From Thermoanaerobaculaceae bacterium (GTDB taxonomy: Bacteria > Acidobacteriota > Thermoanaerobaculia > Thermoanaerobaculales > Thermoanaerobaculaceae), in contig JBEKAA010000013.1 in the NCBI GenBank assembly GCA_050018455.1, positions 14 to 64,013 of the forward strand: 64,000 nucleotides of DNA, in the 5' to 3' direction. Every line of letters begins with the position of its first letter. Positions within the stretch are counted from its first letter, which is position 1. The notes beneath the pieces are model-generated. The model had not been told where the DNA came from. It made no database searches and saw only the letters and a list, made by a program, of their open reading frames with translations. Positions 44,149 through 59,203 of this stretch are shown one piece after another. Position numbers and translations under genes: made by a program.

Positions 44149-45710
44149 TCCACGGGCTTCGGCGAACCCGCCACCATCCGCTCGGTGAGCATCTGCTGAC
44201 CGATCGTGAAGATGTTGTTGACCAGCCAGTACAGCACCAGACCGGCCGGGAAGCTCATGAACATGAACCCGAAAATAAAAGGCATGAACATGAACATCCT
44301 GCGCTGCGCGGGGTCGCCCACCTGAGGGGCCATGCGCTGCTGCAGCACCATGCTCGCGGTCATCAGGATCGGCGTGATGTACGTCGGATCCTTGGCCGCA
44401 AGGTCCTTGATCCAGAACACGAACGGCGCCTGCCGCAACTCGATGGCATAGGCGAACAGCGAGTACAGGGCCCACAGGATCGGAAGCTGCACGAGCATTG
44501 GGAGACACCCGCCCATCGGGTTGACGCCCTCCTGCTTGTACATCTGCATCACTTCCTGGTTCATGCGTGCCCGGACGTTGGTGTCGCGCTTCGCCTTCTC
44601 CTGGTAGCGGTCCTGGATCGCTTTGAGCTTCGGCTGCAGCGCCTGCATGCGCTTCATCGCCACCGCGCTCTTGTGGTTGAGCGGGAAGAGCAGGATCCGG
44701 ATCCCCGCAGTCAGCACGATGATCGCCACACCCCAGTTCCTCACCCAGGCGTAGATCCATCGCAGCGCGGCGAGGAAACCGACCGACAGGAACCCAAAGA
44801 TGCCGAACGATATGGTCTCGTTCAACCCTCGCCCGTACCCGCCCAGCGTGCCGTGTTCCTTCGGCCCCGCGTACAGCGTCCCGGTGACGCCGTCGCTCCC
44901 GCCTACGATAACGACCTGCGGTACCGCGCTCGCCCCCGTCCCGGCAGCCGAGATCCGCACCTCGTCGACGGCGGTGGAGGGCAGCAGCACGAGAAGGAAG
45001 TACTGGTCCTCGACGCCCGCGAAGTCGATGGTTCCCCGCAACGTCTTCACGCCATCGAGCTTTCCCGCGTTGACCCTTTGGAGCTTGCCGCCGAGCCGCA
45101 CCACACCGTCGGTGCCGCCGAACCGCCCCTGCTGGTCGGTCTTCAGCCCCTTTTCGAGGCCCGCACCGACAACCACACCCGCCAGGGCGGGCACCCCCCC
45201 GGCTCGCACCTCGATGTCCAATGAATACTTACCTTTACCGGCAGCGATCCGCTTTTCAACCCAGTTCCCGACGCCGTCGGACCAGCGCAGTCCGACCCAA
45301 CCGGATCCTCGCTCGACGCGATACACGGCGTCGTTCCACGCCCCCGGGACGCCCACCGAGAGCGGAACCAGCGTTCCCGGTCGCACGAGTTCGAGAGGGG
45401 CCCCGGCATCGTCCCGGTACCCCGAGACCACCACCGATGTGAGAACGCCCCCGCGCGGATCAACCGACGCCCGCCAACCGTCGCCTTCCAGCGCTATCGG
45501 CTGCCCATCGTCCCCGGAGACCGCCGGCACGGCGGGTTGAGCGGGGTGCTCTTCCTGGGCCACCGCCGTCGGGACGGCAACCCCGGAGGTCGGCCTTGTC
45601 GGGTTGGCCTCAGGCGGCGGTACGCTGGGGCGCGGTGGTGCGAAGAGGGAGAACCACACGATCACCACGATCCCCGAAAGAACCGCCGCCAGCAGCACGC
45701 GCTTTTCCAT
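44145..45710 (-). CDS. yidC: Membrane protein insertase YidC
   Basis: 521 aa. N-terminal TM, a large periplasmic domain and the conserved C-terminal five-TM core (GGCLPMLVQLPILWALY, MPFIFGFMFMSFPAGLVLYW). Confidence 0.9.
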   Translation of the reverse strand: MEKRVLLAAVLSGIVVIVWFSLFAPPRPSVPPPEANPTRPTSGVAVPTAVAQEEHPAQPAVPAVSGDDGQPIALEGDGWRASVDPRGGVLTSVVVSGYRDDAGAPLELVRPGTLVPLSVGVPGAWNDAVYRVERGSGWVGLRWSDGVGNWVEKRIAAGKGKYSLDIEVRAGGVPALAGVVVGAGLEKGLKTDQQGRFGGTDGVVRLGGKLQRVNAGKLDGVKTLRGTIDFAGVEDQYFLLVLLPSTAVDEVRISAAGTGASAVPQVVIVGGSDGVTGTLYAGPKEHGTLGGYGRGLNETISFGIFGFLSVGFLAALRWIYAWVRNWGVAIIVLTAGIRILLFPLNHKSAVAMKRMQALQPKLKAIQDRYQEKAKRDTNVRARMNQEVMQMYKQEGVNPMGGCLPMLVQLPILWALYSLFAYAIELRQAPFVFWIKDLAAKDPTYITPILMTASMVLQQRMAPQVGDPAQRRMFMFMPFIFGFMFMSFPAGLVLYWLVNNIFTIGQQMLTERMVAGSPKPVE

Positions 45711-45923
45711 CTACGAGTCCCCTTTGTGCGGCGGCACGGGATCGTAGCCGCCTGGATTCCACGGGTGACACCGGGCCAGCCTCCGCACGCCAAGCCACAG
45801 GCCGGCCCCCAGACCGTGCACACTCACCGCGTCTCTCATGTATTCGGAACACGTCGGCTCGAACCGGCACGCTGGCGGCAGGAGCGGTGAGATCCACCTT
45901 TTGTACCCAACCAGCGCGGCCAT
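45711..45923 (-). CDS. yidD: Membrane protein insertion efficiency factor YidD
   Basis: [22 protein letters not shown] motif, 70 aa. Overlaps the rnpA stop. Confidence 0.85.
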   Translation of the reverse strand: MAALVGYKRWISPLLPPACRFEPTCSEYMRDAVSVHGLGAGLWLGVRRLARCHPWNPGGYDPVPPHKGDS

Positions 45924-46267
45924 CACGGCGCGGGCGGCCGCGGAGCGGCTTTCGCCCTCCTCATGCAACGCTCGAAGTCCTCCGTGAGTTGTTCCCACCC
46001 CACCACGTCGCAACCCCGCCGCACGTTGACCACAAAATCGCCGCACCAGCCACTCACTGTCTCCCGGCGACTCCGGAAAAGTTCCCGAATCCGACGTCGC
46101 GACCGGTTGCGGACCACCGCGCCGCCGACCTTGCGGCTCGCGGTGATCCCGAAGCGGCAGGTCTCGCCGTCGGTCGCAAGCGCGAACACCACGAGATACC
46201 TTCCCACCACCTTGAACCCGCCGGTGTAGACCCGCTGAAAGTCAGCGCGCCGGAGCAGCTTGTCCAG
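45923..46267 (-). CDS. rnpA: RNase P protein component
   Basis: RNR motif region [20 protein letters not shown]. The conserved N-terminal [14 protein letters not shown] lies upstream of the first GTG (46210), with no ATG/GTG/TTG available. CTG 46267 is proposed. Confidence 0.75.
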   Translation of the reverse strand: MDKLLRRADFQRVYTGGFKVVGRYLVVFALATDGETCRFGITASRKVGGAVVRNRSRRRIRELFRSRRETVSGWCGDFVVNVRRGCDVVGWEQLTEDFERCMRRAKAAPRPPAP

Positions 46268-46283
46268 ATTGCCCCCGGGATGT

Positions 46284-46418
46284 TCACACGGTCAGGCGCT
46301 TACGCCCCTTGCGGCGGCGCGCGGCAAGAACCCGGCGGCCCGCCGGTGTGCTCATTCGTGCGCGGAACCCGTGGGTCTTCTTCCGACGCCGGTTGTTCGG
46401 CTGGAATGTACGCTTCAT
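46284..46418 (-). CDS. rpmH: 50S ribosomal protein L34
   Basis: Not in the ORF track (44 aa). Hand translation gives [44 protein letters not shown]. Confidence 0.95.
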   Translation of the reverse strand: MKRTFQPNNRRRKKTHGFRARMSTPAGRRVLAARRRKGRKRLTV

Positions 46419-46540
46419 CGTCGTTGGTCCTCACAAGCCCCGACATGTTGCGACGGGGAACGCGTAGTTTACGCTTGATTCCCCTCTCGGTCAACCGCTG
46501 GCTATGCTAAGCTCCGAGCGCCCGTCGGGCACCACGAACG

Positions 46541-47824
46541 ATGCCGAAATCCGACCTCTGGCCCACAGTGAAGGACCTTCTGCGGACCCGCCTCGCCGCG
46601 GACGATTTCGACGTCTGGTTCGCTCCCCTCATGGCACGTTCGACCCCCGGTCAACTGACGCTCGCCGCGCCGTCCCGCGTTTACGCCGACTACATCCGCG
46701 ACCACTTCCTCCCCCTCCTGCAGGATCTCGCGAGCCAGGCCGCCGAAACTCCGATCACCGTCACACTCGCGGTCGAAGCCGACGGGGTGAAAACCACACC
46801 ATCGAGTCAACGCGGCACGCCTCTCAACCCGCGGTACACCTTCGCGACTTTCGTCCCCGGCCCATCCAACCAGTTCGCCAGAGCCGCGGCTCAGTCGGTG
46901 GCCGAGAACCCGGGACGGGCGTACAACCCCCTGTTCCTGTACGGAGGTTCCGGGCTCGGGAAGACCCACCTCCTGCACGCGATCGGAAACGAGGTCCTGG
47001 CACGCAACCCGCGCAGCCACGTGCGCTACGTCCCCACGGAGAACTTCGTCAACGAGCTCATCAACTCGATCCGGCTGCAGCGCATGGCGCAGTTCCGCGA
47101 CGCCTACCGCTCGGTCCACGTCCTGCTCCTCGACGACGTCCACATCATCGCCGGCAAGGAGCGCACCCAGGAGGAGTTCTTCCATACCTTCAACACCCTC
47201 CATGAGGCCGGCCACCAGATCGTCCTCACCTCCGACACCTCCCCCGCCAGCATCCAGGGTCTCGAGGAACGCCTCCGAACTCGTTTCGTATGGGGGTTGG
47301 TCGCCGACATCCAACCGCCGGACCTGGAGACCAAGTGCGCCATCATCCGGGAGAAGGCCCACGCGGAAGGGTTCGACCTGCCCGATGACGTCGTTCTCTT
47401 CATCGCTCGCCGCGTGCGGGAGAACGTGCGCGAACTCGAGGGCTACCTCAACCGCGTCATCGTGTACTGCTCGCTCACCGGACAGGTGCCGAACCTCGAA
47501 ACCGCCCGCAGCGCTCTGACCCCGCTTCTCCCCGAAGAGCGCCACACGACGCCGGGAGATATCATCCGATTCGTCGCCCACCACTACGGCGTCAAGGTCG
47601 CGGATCTCAAGGGGCGCGACAACAGGCGTTCCGTTGCATTTCCGCGGCAGGTCGCGATGTACCTCATCCGCGAGATCCTCGCCCTCTCGTACCCGGAGAT
47701 CGGCAAACTTTTCGCCAAACACCACTCGACCGTCATGTACTCTGTTGAGACGATCACCGAGGAGCGTCGCTCCAACCCATCCCTTGACGCCACGTTGACG
47801 ACCTTTTTGGAACACTTTCGCTAG
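46541..47824 (+). CDS. dnaA: Chromosomal replication initiator DnaA
   Basis: 427 aa. Walker A GGSGLGKTHLLHA, sensor and box motifs, and a C-terminal DNA-binding domain (FPRQVAMYLIRE...HSTVMYS). Confidence 0.95.
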   Translation: MPKSDLWPTVKDLLRTRLAADDFDVWFAPLMARSTPGQLTLAAPSRVYADYIRDHFLPLLQDLASQAAETPITVTLAVEADGVKTTPSSQRGTPLNPRYTFATFVPGPSNQFARAAAQSVAENPGRAYNPLFLYGGSGLGKTHLLHAIGNEVLARNPRSHVRYVPTENFVNELINSIRLQRMAQFRDAYRSVHVLLLDDVHIIAGKERTQEEFFHTFNTLHEAGHQIVLTSDTSPASIQGLEERLRTRFVWGLVADIQPPDLETKCAIIREKAHAEGFDLPDDVVLFIARRVRENVRELEGYLNRVIVYCSLTGQVPNLETARSALTPLLPEERHTTPGDIIRFVAHHYGVKVADLKGRDNRRSVAFPRQVAMYLIREILALSYPEIGKLFAKHHSTVMYSVETITEERRSNPSLDATLTTFLEHFR

Positions 47825-48037
47825 TCTGCGGAAAATCAGCCTCTCGCCTCGCGTTGTTTGAAGTACGTCGCCGCCGATCGACAATTCTCCACACCTGATT
47901 TCCACAGCGGCCGTCGCCTCAAGCCGTGATTACCGAGCGCCCTTTGAACCACGTCGCCCTTCTCCACACCCTCGACGGCTACCACGAAAGTCTGTACAAT
48001 CTTTCTGTTTCGTAATAGCAGCCGGGAGATCGCGCCC
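47825..48037. other. Candidate oriC / dnaN promoter region
   Basis: DnaA-box-like 9-mers TTCTCCACA (47885..47893), ATTTCCACA (47898..47906) and TTCTCCACA (47960..47968), all in the same orientation. A 34-nt patch of about 32 % GC lies at 47987..48020. Confidence 0.55.
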
Positions 48038-49147
48038 ATGGACGTGACGCTCAACCGAACGGTCTTACTCGAGGAACTCCAGCTCATACAGGGGGTGGTG
48101 GAACGTCGCACCACGATCCCTATCCTGTCGAACATCCTGCTCACAGCCGAGGGAGATCGTCTTCATCTCGCCGCCACGGATCTCGACGTCACCGTTTACA
48201 CGCAGTGTTCGGCGGTGGTGCGCAGGGAAGGTCGGGCGACGATCCACGGGAAGGTCTTCTTCGACCTGGTCCGCTCGCTCCCGACGGAGAGTCTTGACCT
48301 CAGCTTCCAGGAATCCAGGGTGGAGGTCCGCTCCGGAACCTTCAACTCGCAGCTTGCCAGCCTGGATCCTGCCGATTTTCCCACCCTGCCGGAGATCCCG
48401 GACGGACAAGGGTTTGCGGTTGACTTGCCGACGCTCCGTCGCCTGATCGACCGTTCGGTGTTTGCGGTCTCGAGCGAGGAAGGGCATTTCCAGTACAACG
48501 CAGCTCTCCTCCTTCTCTCGTCCAAGGCGCTCGAGATGGTGGCGACCGATGGCCACCGGCTCGCCTGGACGAAGGCAGCGCACGCGGCCGGTACGCCTCC
48601 TTTCGAGCAACAACTGCTGCCGCGGAAAGTCCTGAATCAAATCCGGCACTTTTCCGCAGAGGCGGAGACTCCGCTGTACATCGCCCGCGGCGAGAACCAC
48701 CTCGCGTTCCGCCTGGGAGACCGTGTTCTGCTGTCCCGCGTCCTCGAGGCGCGCTTTCCGCAGTACGAGCGGGTGCTTGTCCGCGACAACCCCCACCGGG
48801 CGCGCATCGAGCGGCAGGAAATGACGGCGGCGCTACGGCGTGTGGCGCTACTGGCCAGCGAGCGGACCCACGGTGTTCAGATGCAGTTCGACCAGGATGC
48901 GCTCTCCCTCGCGTCGGTAGGCTTCGACCTCGGCCAGGCGGCTGAAGTGGTCCCCTGCACCTACAGCGGTCCGACGCTGAAGGTCTTCGTGAACGCGAGC
49001 TACATCCTCGACTTTCTCGGGGCGGTCGATGTGGCTGGAGTCGAGATTCAGCTTCGGGACTCGGATGGGCCCATCGTGATGACACCGACCGGGGAAGACG
49101 CGACCATGGGTGAGTGCCTCTACGTCATCATGCCGATTCGCCTCTAG
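48038..49147 (+). CDS. dnaN: DNA polymerase III beta sliding clamp
   Basis: 369 aa with a three-domain clamp pattern. N-terminus LLEELQLIQGVVERRTTIPILSNILL and C-terminus YVIMPIRL. Confidence 0.95.
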   Translation: MDVTLNRTVLLEELQLIQGVVERRTTIPILSNILLTAEGDRLHLAATDLDVTVYTQCSAVVRREGRATIHGKVFFDLVRSLPTESLDLSFQESRVEVRSGTFNSQLASLDPADFPTLPEIPDGQGFAVDLPTLRRLIDRSVFAVSSEEGHFQYNAALLLLSSKALEMVATDGHRLAWTKAAHAAGTPPFEQQLLPRKVLNQIRHFSAEAETPLYIARGENHLAFRLGDRVLLSRVLEARFPQYERVLVRDNPHRARIERQEMTAALRRVALLASERTHGVQMQFDQDALSLASVGFDLGQAAEVVPCTYSGPTLKVFVNASYILDFLGAVDVAGVEIQLRDSDGPIVMTPTGEDATMGECLYVIMPIRL

Positions 49148-49151
49148 CGGT

Positions 49152-52666
<3,515 letters not shown>

Positions 52667-52810
52667 GCTGACAGCCTACAGCCGACGGCTTACAGTTGCG
52701 TCGTTCCCGTTCGCGCCGTTGGGTGGCTGGGAGGTGCTGTCGGCTTTCGCCCGTAACAGAATTCACTTTGGCTGGCGCAATGCAAGCGCCGCGAAACGAG
52801 GTCTTCATCA

Positions 52811-55288
<2,478 letters not shown>

Positions 55289-55306
55289 GAAGCCGGGAGG
55301 GGACGC

Positions 55307-55957
55307 ATGAAGCTCTTCATCGACACCGCCAATGTCGCCGAGATCACCGAGGCCGCGTCGTGGGGGATCCTCGACGGCGTGACGACCAACCCCTCCCTGG
55401 TGGCCCGGGAAGGGCGCTCGTATCACGAGCTGGTGGCCGAAATCTGCAGGATCGTGCCCGGCCCGGTATCGGCCGAGGTGCTCGCCATGGATGCGGAGGG
55501 GATGGAGCGGGAGGGCCGCGAGCTCGCTGGCATCGCCGAGAACGTGGTGGTCAAGCTGCCCATCACCGAGGACGGGATCCGCGTGTGCGCCCGTTTCTCG
55601 GAGGAGGGGATCGCCACCAACCTGACGCTCTGTTTCTCGCCGGCGCAGGCGCTGCTGGTCGCCAAGGCTGGCGCCACGTACGTGAGCCCCTTCGTGGGGA
55701 GGATCGACGACGTCGGGCAGGACGGGATGCAGCTCGTGCGGGAGATCGTGCAGATCTACGACGCGTACGAGTTCCCGACGCAGGTTCTGGTGGCCTCGGT
55801 GCGGCACCCGCAGCACGTCGTCGAATCCGCCCTCGCCGGAGCCGACGTCGCGACGGTGCCTTTCAAGGTCCTGCAGCTGCTGTTCCACCACCCGCTCACG
55901 GACATCGGCCTGCAGAGGTTCATCTCCGATTTCCGCGAGGCGAAGGACGTCCATTAA
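55307..55957 (+). CDS. tal: Transaldolase (type 3B, Fsa/TalC-like)
   Basis: 216 aa. [13 protein letters not shown]...GVTTNPSL, with the Schiff-base Lys region VVKLPIT. Confidence 0.9.
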   Translation: MKLFIDTANVAEITEAASWGILDGVTTNPSLVAREGRSYHELVAEICRIVPGPVSAEVLAMDAEGMEREGRELAGIAENVVVKLPITEDGIRVCARFSEEGIATNLTLCFSPAQALLVAKAGATYVSPFVGRIDDVGQDGMQLVREIVQIYDAYEFPTQVLVASVRHPQHVVESALAGADVATVPFKVLQLLFHHPLTDIGLQRFISDFREAKDVH

Positions 55958-55997
55958 TACCAATTTGCCATCAGTCGTAGAGCAAAGGTGTCATCCC

Positions 55998-56072
55998 GAG
56001 CGCAGCGAGGGATCTGGGAGGGGGCTGGTAGATCCAGGCTTTCCCCCACCCAGATTCCTCGTCGCTCCGCTC
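55998..56072. repeat. Imperfect hairpin element of about 75 nt (single copy in the window)
   Basis: Arms GAGCGCAGCGAGGGATCTGGGAGGGGG and CCCCCACCCAGATTCCTCGTCGCTCCGCTC pair over about 25 bp, with one 3-nt bulge and two mismatches. Confidence 0.5.
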
Positions 56073-56151
56073 CCAAGGCCGAAGACGGGGCGCCGGGAAC
56101 AGCCACGAACCTTGAGAGCGCTCGGGCGTCCGGCTGCAACAATACAACATC

Positions 56152-56195
56152 AATGGCTGAGCCATTTTGACAACTGGCATAGGCCGGATTAACGT
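56152..56195 (+). promoter_or_regulatory. Palindrome AATGGCTgAGCCATT abutting a TTGACA-17-TAACGT promoter, 6 nt from the pdxR-like ATG
   Basis: Palindrome 56152..56166, -35 at 56167..56172, -10 at 56190..56195, ATG at 56202. Confidence 0.45.
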
Positions 56196-56201
56196 GAGCC
56201 C

Positions 56202-57593
56202 ATGCAGGCTCTCGTCGCCCGCGCACGGCAGGCCGTTGCCTCCGAAGTCTCCTCGCCGCTATACCGTCGGCTCGCGGATGCGCTGGCGCCGGCCCTGACC
56301 GAGGAGGCCGACGCCGAGTTCCCATCCGCGAGGGCGCTCGCTGCCGAGATCGGGCTGAACCGGGCGACCGTGACGGCCGCGTACCGGGAGCTTGCGCGCC
56401 GCGGCCTGCTGGTGCTGAGACCGGGGCGCCGGCAGGGCCGGCGTGTCGCGCAGGCTTCGTCCGCGGCACTCGATCCGGGCGAGCCGCTTCCCGGTGCGGT
56501 CGACCTCGCGCGGTACGCTCCCGACCGAGAGCTGTTGCCATCCGGGGAGGTCTTCCGTTGGCTCGGCCTCGGAGAGGGCGAAGGCGAAGGTGTCACCCAG
56601 TACGGCGATGCGTGGGGGTACAAACCGCTCCGTTCGTGGCTCGCGGCCCGACTTTCCGGTCTCGGGATCCCCGTTGCCACCGACACCCTGCTCCTCACGG
56701 GCGGCGTGCAGCACGCGCTCGACCTGCTCCTTCGGGCGCTGACTCGGCCGGGCGACACGGTGATGGTGGAGGATCCCACCTACCCGGGCCTTCCGCCGTT
56801 GCTGGCTCTCCACCAGATCCAGGTCGTCGGTCTCCCTGTCCGCCGTCGCGGGGTCGAAGCGGCGGAGGCCGAGGCCCTCCTCCGGAACGTGTCCCCGCGC
56901 CTCGCGATTCTCACGCCGACGCTCCACAACCCCTCCGGTGCGGTGATGGATCTGGAGCAGCGTGTCGCTCTGCTCGACCTGCTGCGGAGCCGCGGCACGC
57001 AGGTCATCGAGGAGTTCTTCGATCCTGCGCTCGTGAGCGAGGGACCGGTCCCGCCCCCGCTGGCGGCGCTCGACCACGGGGTGATCGCGGTGGGTTCGTT
57101 CTCCAAGGCTCTCTTCCCGGGGCTCCGGGTCGGTTGGGTCGCGGGGCCCTCCGATGTGCTGGAGGGCATCGCCGCCGTCAAGCGCGCCGCAGATCTCGGC
57201 GGGAGTCCGTTCCTGGAGGCCGCCGCGTGGACGCTGTGCCGTCGGGGTGTGTTCGAGGACCAGCTGCAGCGGCTTCGCAGTGCGGCGCGCACCCGACTCG
57301 CGATCGTCGCCCAGGCGCTCTCCGAGGCGCCCCCGGGTGTCGAGTGGATGACGCCGAGAGGCGGCTTCTCGCTTCTCCTCACACTGCCGCACGGGTGGAG
57401 CTCCCGGGCGGTAGCGGCCCGTGCCGCGGAGCGGGGTATTTGGGTCCTCCCCGGACCGGCGATGTCGGTGAGCGGGCGGGATGACATCGTGCGCGTCGCC
57501 TACGCCGCTGTCGGCGGGGAAGCACTGCGCGCGGCGATGATGGAGTTTCTCGCGGCACTGGCGCCCGAGCGCGCCGCGTTGCCGCTGGTGTGA
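56202..57593 (+). CDS. pdxR: MocR/PdxR-type regulator (GntR wHTH fused to a fold-type-I aminotransferase domain)
   Basis: N-terminal SARALAAEIGLNRATVTAAYRELARRGLL and an aminotransferase domain with PLP-Lys motif SFSKALFPGLRVGW. Lies directly upstream of pdxST. Confidence 0.75.
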   Translation: MQALVARARQAVASEVSSPLYRRLADALAPALTEEADAEFPSARALAAEIGLNRATVTAAYRELARRGLLVLRPGRRQGRRVAQASSAALDPGEPLPGAVDLARYAPDRELLPSGEVFRWLGLGEGEGEGVTQYGDAWGYKPLRSWLAARLSGLGIPVATDTLLLTGGVQHALDLLLRALTRPGDTVMVEDPTYPGLPPLLALHQIQVVGLPVRRRGVEAAEAEALLRNVSPRLAILTPTLHNPSGAVMDLEQRVALLDLLRSRGTQVIEEFFDPALVSEGPVPPPLAALDHGVIAVGSFSKALFPGLRVGWVAGPSDVLEGIAAVKRAADLGGSPFLEAAAWTLCRRGVFEDQLQRLRSAARTRLAIVAQALSEAPPGVEWMTPRGGFSLLLTLPHGWSSRAVAARAAERGIWVLPGPAMSVSGRDDIVRVAYAAVGGEALRAAMMEFLAALAPERAALPLV

Positions 57594-57656
57594 GGCTCGA
57601 GGTCCAGTGGCCCCGAGACGGGCACGTGCGGATTGGGCTGCAAAAGGAGGAACGAG

Positions 57657-58544
57657 ATGGATTTCAAGTCACCCGAGTTTCGCGTCAAGGTGGGGCTCGC
57701 CGAGATGCTCAAGGGCGGGGTGATCATGGATGTCACCAACGCCTCCCAGGCGAAGATTGCCGAGGATGCCGGCGCAGCTGCCGTGATGGCGCTCGAGCGC
57801 GTCCCTGCGGACATTCGCGCCGAAGGCGGTGTCGCGCGCATGGCCGCGATCGACAAGATCGAAGAGATCATGGGGACGGTCTCGATCCCGGTGATGGCCA
57901 AGTGCCGGATCGGCCACCCGGCTGAGGCGCTCGTGCTTCAGGCCCTGGGGGTCGACTTCATCGACGAGTCCGAGGTGCTGACGCCGGCCGACGAGGAGAA
58001 CCACGTCTGGAAGCAGGACTTCAAGGTCCCGTTCGTGTGCGGTTGCCGCAACCTCGGCGAGGCGCTTCGCCGCATCGGCGAGGGTGCGGCCATGATTCGC
58101 ACGAAGGGCGAAGCCGGCTCCGGCAACATCGTCGAGGCGGTCCGCCACCTGCGCGCGGTCCGTGGCGAGATGCGTCGCCTCCGGACTCTCGACCCGGCCG
58201 AGCTTGTGCCAGCGGCCAAGGAGCTACAGGCGCCGCTCGAGCTGGTTGAGTACGTCGCGCACGAAGGCTCGCTGCCGGTGCCGAACTTCGCGGCCGGCGG
58301 CGTGGCGACGCCCGCGGACGCGGCTCTCTGCATGATGCTTGGCGCCGAGTCCGTCTTCGTCGGATCCGGGATCTTCAAGTCGGAGGACCCGTCGCGGCGC
58401 GCCAAAGCGATCGTGCACGCGGTCACCCACTGGCAGGACCCGGCGGAGGTGCTGGAAGCTTCGCGCGGCCTCGAGGGCGCGATGCGAGGGCTCGACGTGG
58501 CCAAGCTCACGCCGGAGGAGATGCTCTCGCGCCGGGGCTGGTGA
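57657..58544 (+). CDS. pdxS: Pyridoxal 5'-phosphate synthase subunit PdxS
   Basis: [22 protein letters not shown] and [24 protein letters not shown] ahead of ATG 57657. Confidence 0.95.
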   Translation: MDFKSPEFRVKVGLAEMLKGGVIMDVTNASQAKIAEDAGAAAVMALERVPADIRAEGGVARMAAIDKIEEIMGTVSIPVMAKCRIGHPAEALVLQALGVDFIDESEVLTPADEENHVWKQDFKVPFVCGCRNLGEALRRIGEGAAMIRTKGEAGSGNIVEAVRHLRAVRGEMRRLRTLDPAELVPAAKELQAPLELVEYVAHEGSLPVPNFAAGGVATPADAALCMMLGAESVFVGSGIFKSEDPSRRAKAIVHAVTHWQDPAEVLEASRGLEGAMRGLDVAKLTPEEMLSRRGW

Positions 58545-58547
58545 GCG

Positions 58548-59144
58548 GTGGAGAGGAGCCCCGTCGTAGGCCTGCTCGCGCTTCAGGGCGACTTCGACGC
58601 GCACCGGAAGGCACTGGCCGAGCGCGGCGTCGAGTCGGTCGAGATTCGTGTGCCTTCGGATCTCGATGAGGTCTCTGGACTGGTGCTGCCAGGTGGCGAG
58701 TCCACCACGATGCTCAAGCTCCTGGAGGGTACGGGCCTCGACTCGCGCCTCGTCGATCTGGTCCGGGCCGGCATGCCGGTCCTGGCCACTTGCGCCGGCG
58801 TGATCCTGCTCGCGCGCGAGGTCCGGCATCCGGTGCAACGCTCGTTGGCTATTCTCGACATCCTCGTCGAGCGCAACGGGTACGGGCGTCAGATCGACTC
58901 CGCGGTGGTGGACCTCGAGGTCGCGGATCCCTCCGGCCTCGGCTCGACGACCCTCGAGGGGGTGTTCATCCGGGCGCCGAGGGTGACGGAGGTCGGAGAA
59001 GGTGTCCGGGTCCTGGCGAGGCGCGGCGGGGACCCGGTCCTGCTCCGCCAGGGAAAGGTGCTCGCGGCCACCTTCCACCCCGAGCTGACGGACGGCTCCC
59101 CAGTCGTGGATCTGTTCGTGCGTATCCTCTCCGCGCCCGGGTGA
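58548..59144 (+). CDS. pdxT: Pyridoxal 5'-phosphate synthase glutaminase subunit PdxT
   Basis: VGLLALQGDF, catalytic Cys ATCAGVILLA and FHPEL. Confidence 0.9.
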   Translation: MERSPVVGLLALQGDFDAHRKALAERGVESVEIRVPSDLDEVSGLVLPGGESTTMLKLLEGTGLDSRLVDLVRAGMPVLATCAGVILLAREVRHPVQRSLAILDILVERNGYGRQIDSAVVDLEVADPSGLGSTTLEGVFIRAPRVTEVGEGVRVLARRGGDPVLLRQGKVLAATFHPELTDGSPVVDLFVRILSAPG

Positions 59145-59203
59145 GGGCATCATGGCCCGGTCATTGTTCAGAAAGGCCTCTCCGTCTGTGGCGATGCGCC
59201 AAG

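Noticed and set aside
46419-46540. rpmH-dnaA spacer as the origin
   Set aside because: I could find no 9-mer within two mismatches of TTATCCACA on either strand and no AT-rich tract. The dnaA-dnaN spacer is the better candidate.
47836-48144. 102-aa minus ORF across the dnaA-dnaN spacer and the dnaN start
   Set aside because: It overlaps the dnaN start and the DnaA-box region, and has no SD or motifs. It is likely spurious.
56152-56166. AATGGCTgAGCCATTTTG as an intrinsic terminator for tal
   Set aside because: It lies about 195 nt from the tal stop. The stem is short and AT-rich with a loop of only 1-3 nt. It abuts a good -35 box, so a protein-binding dyad is more plausible.
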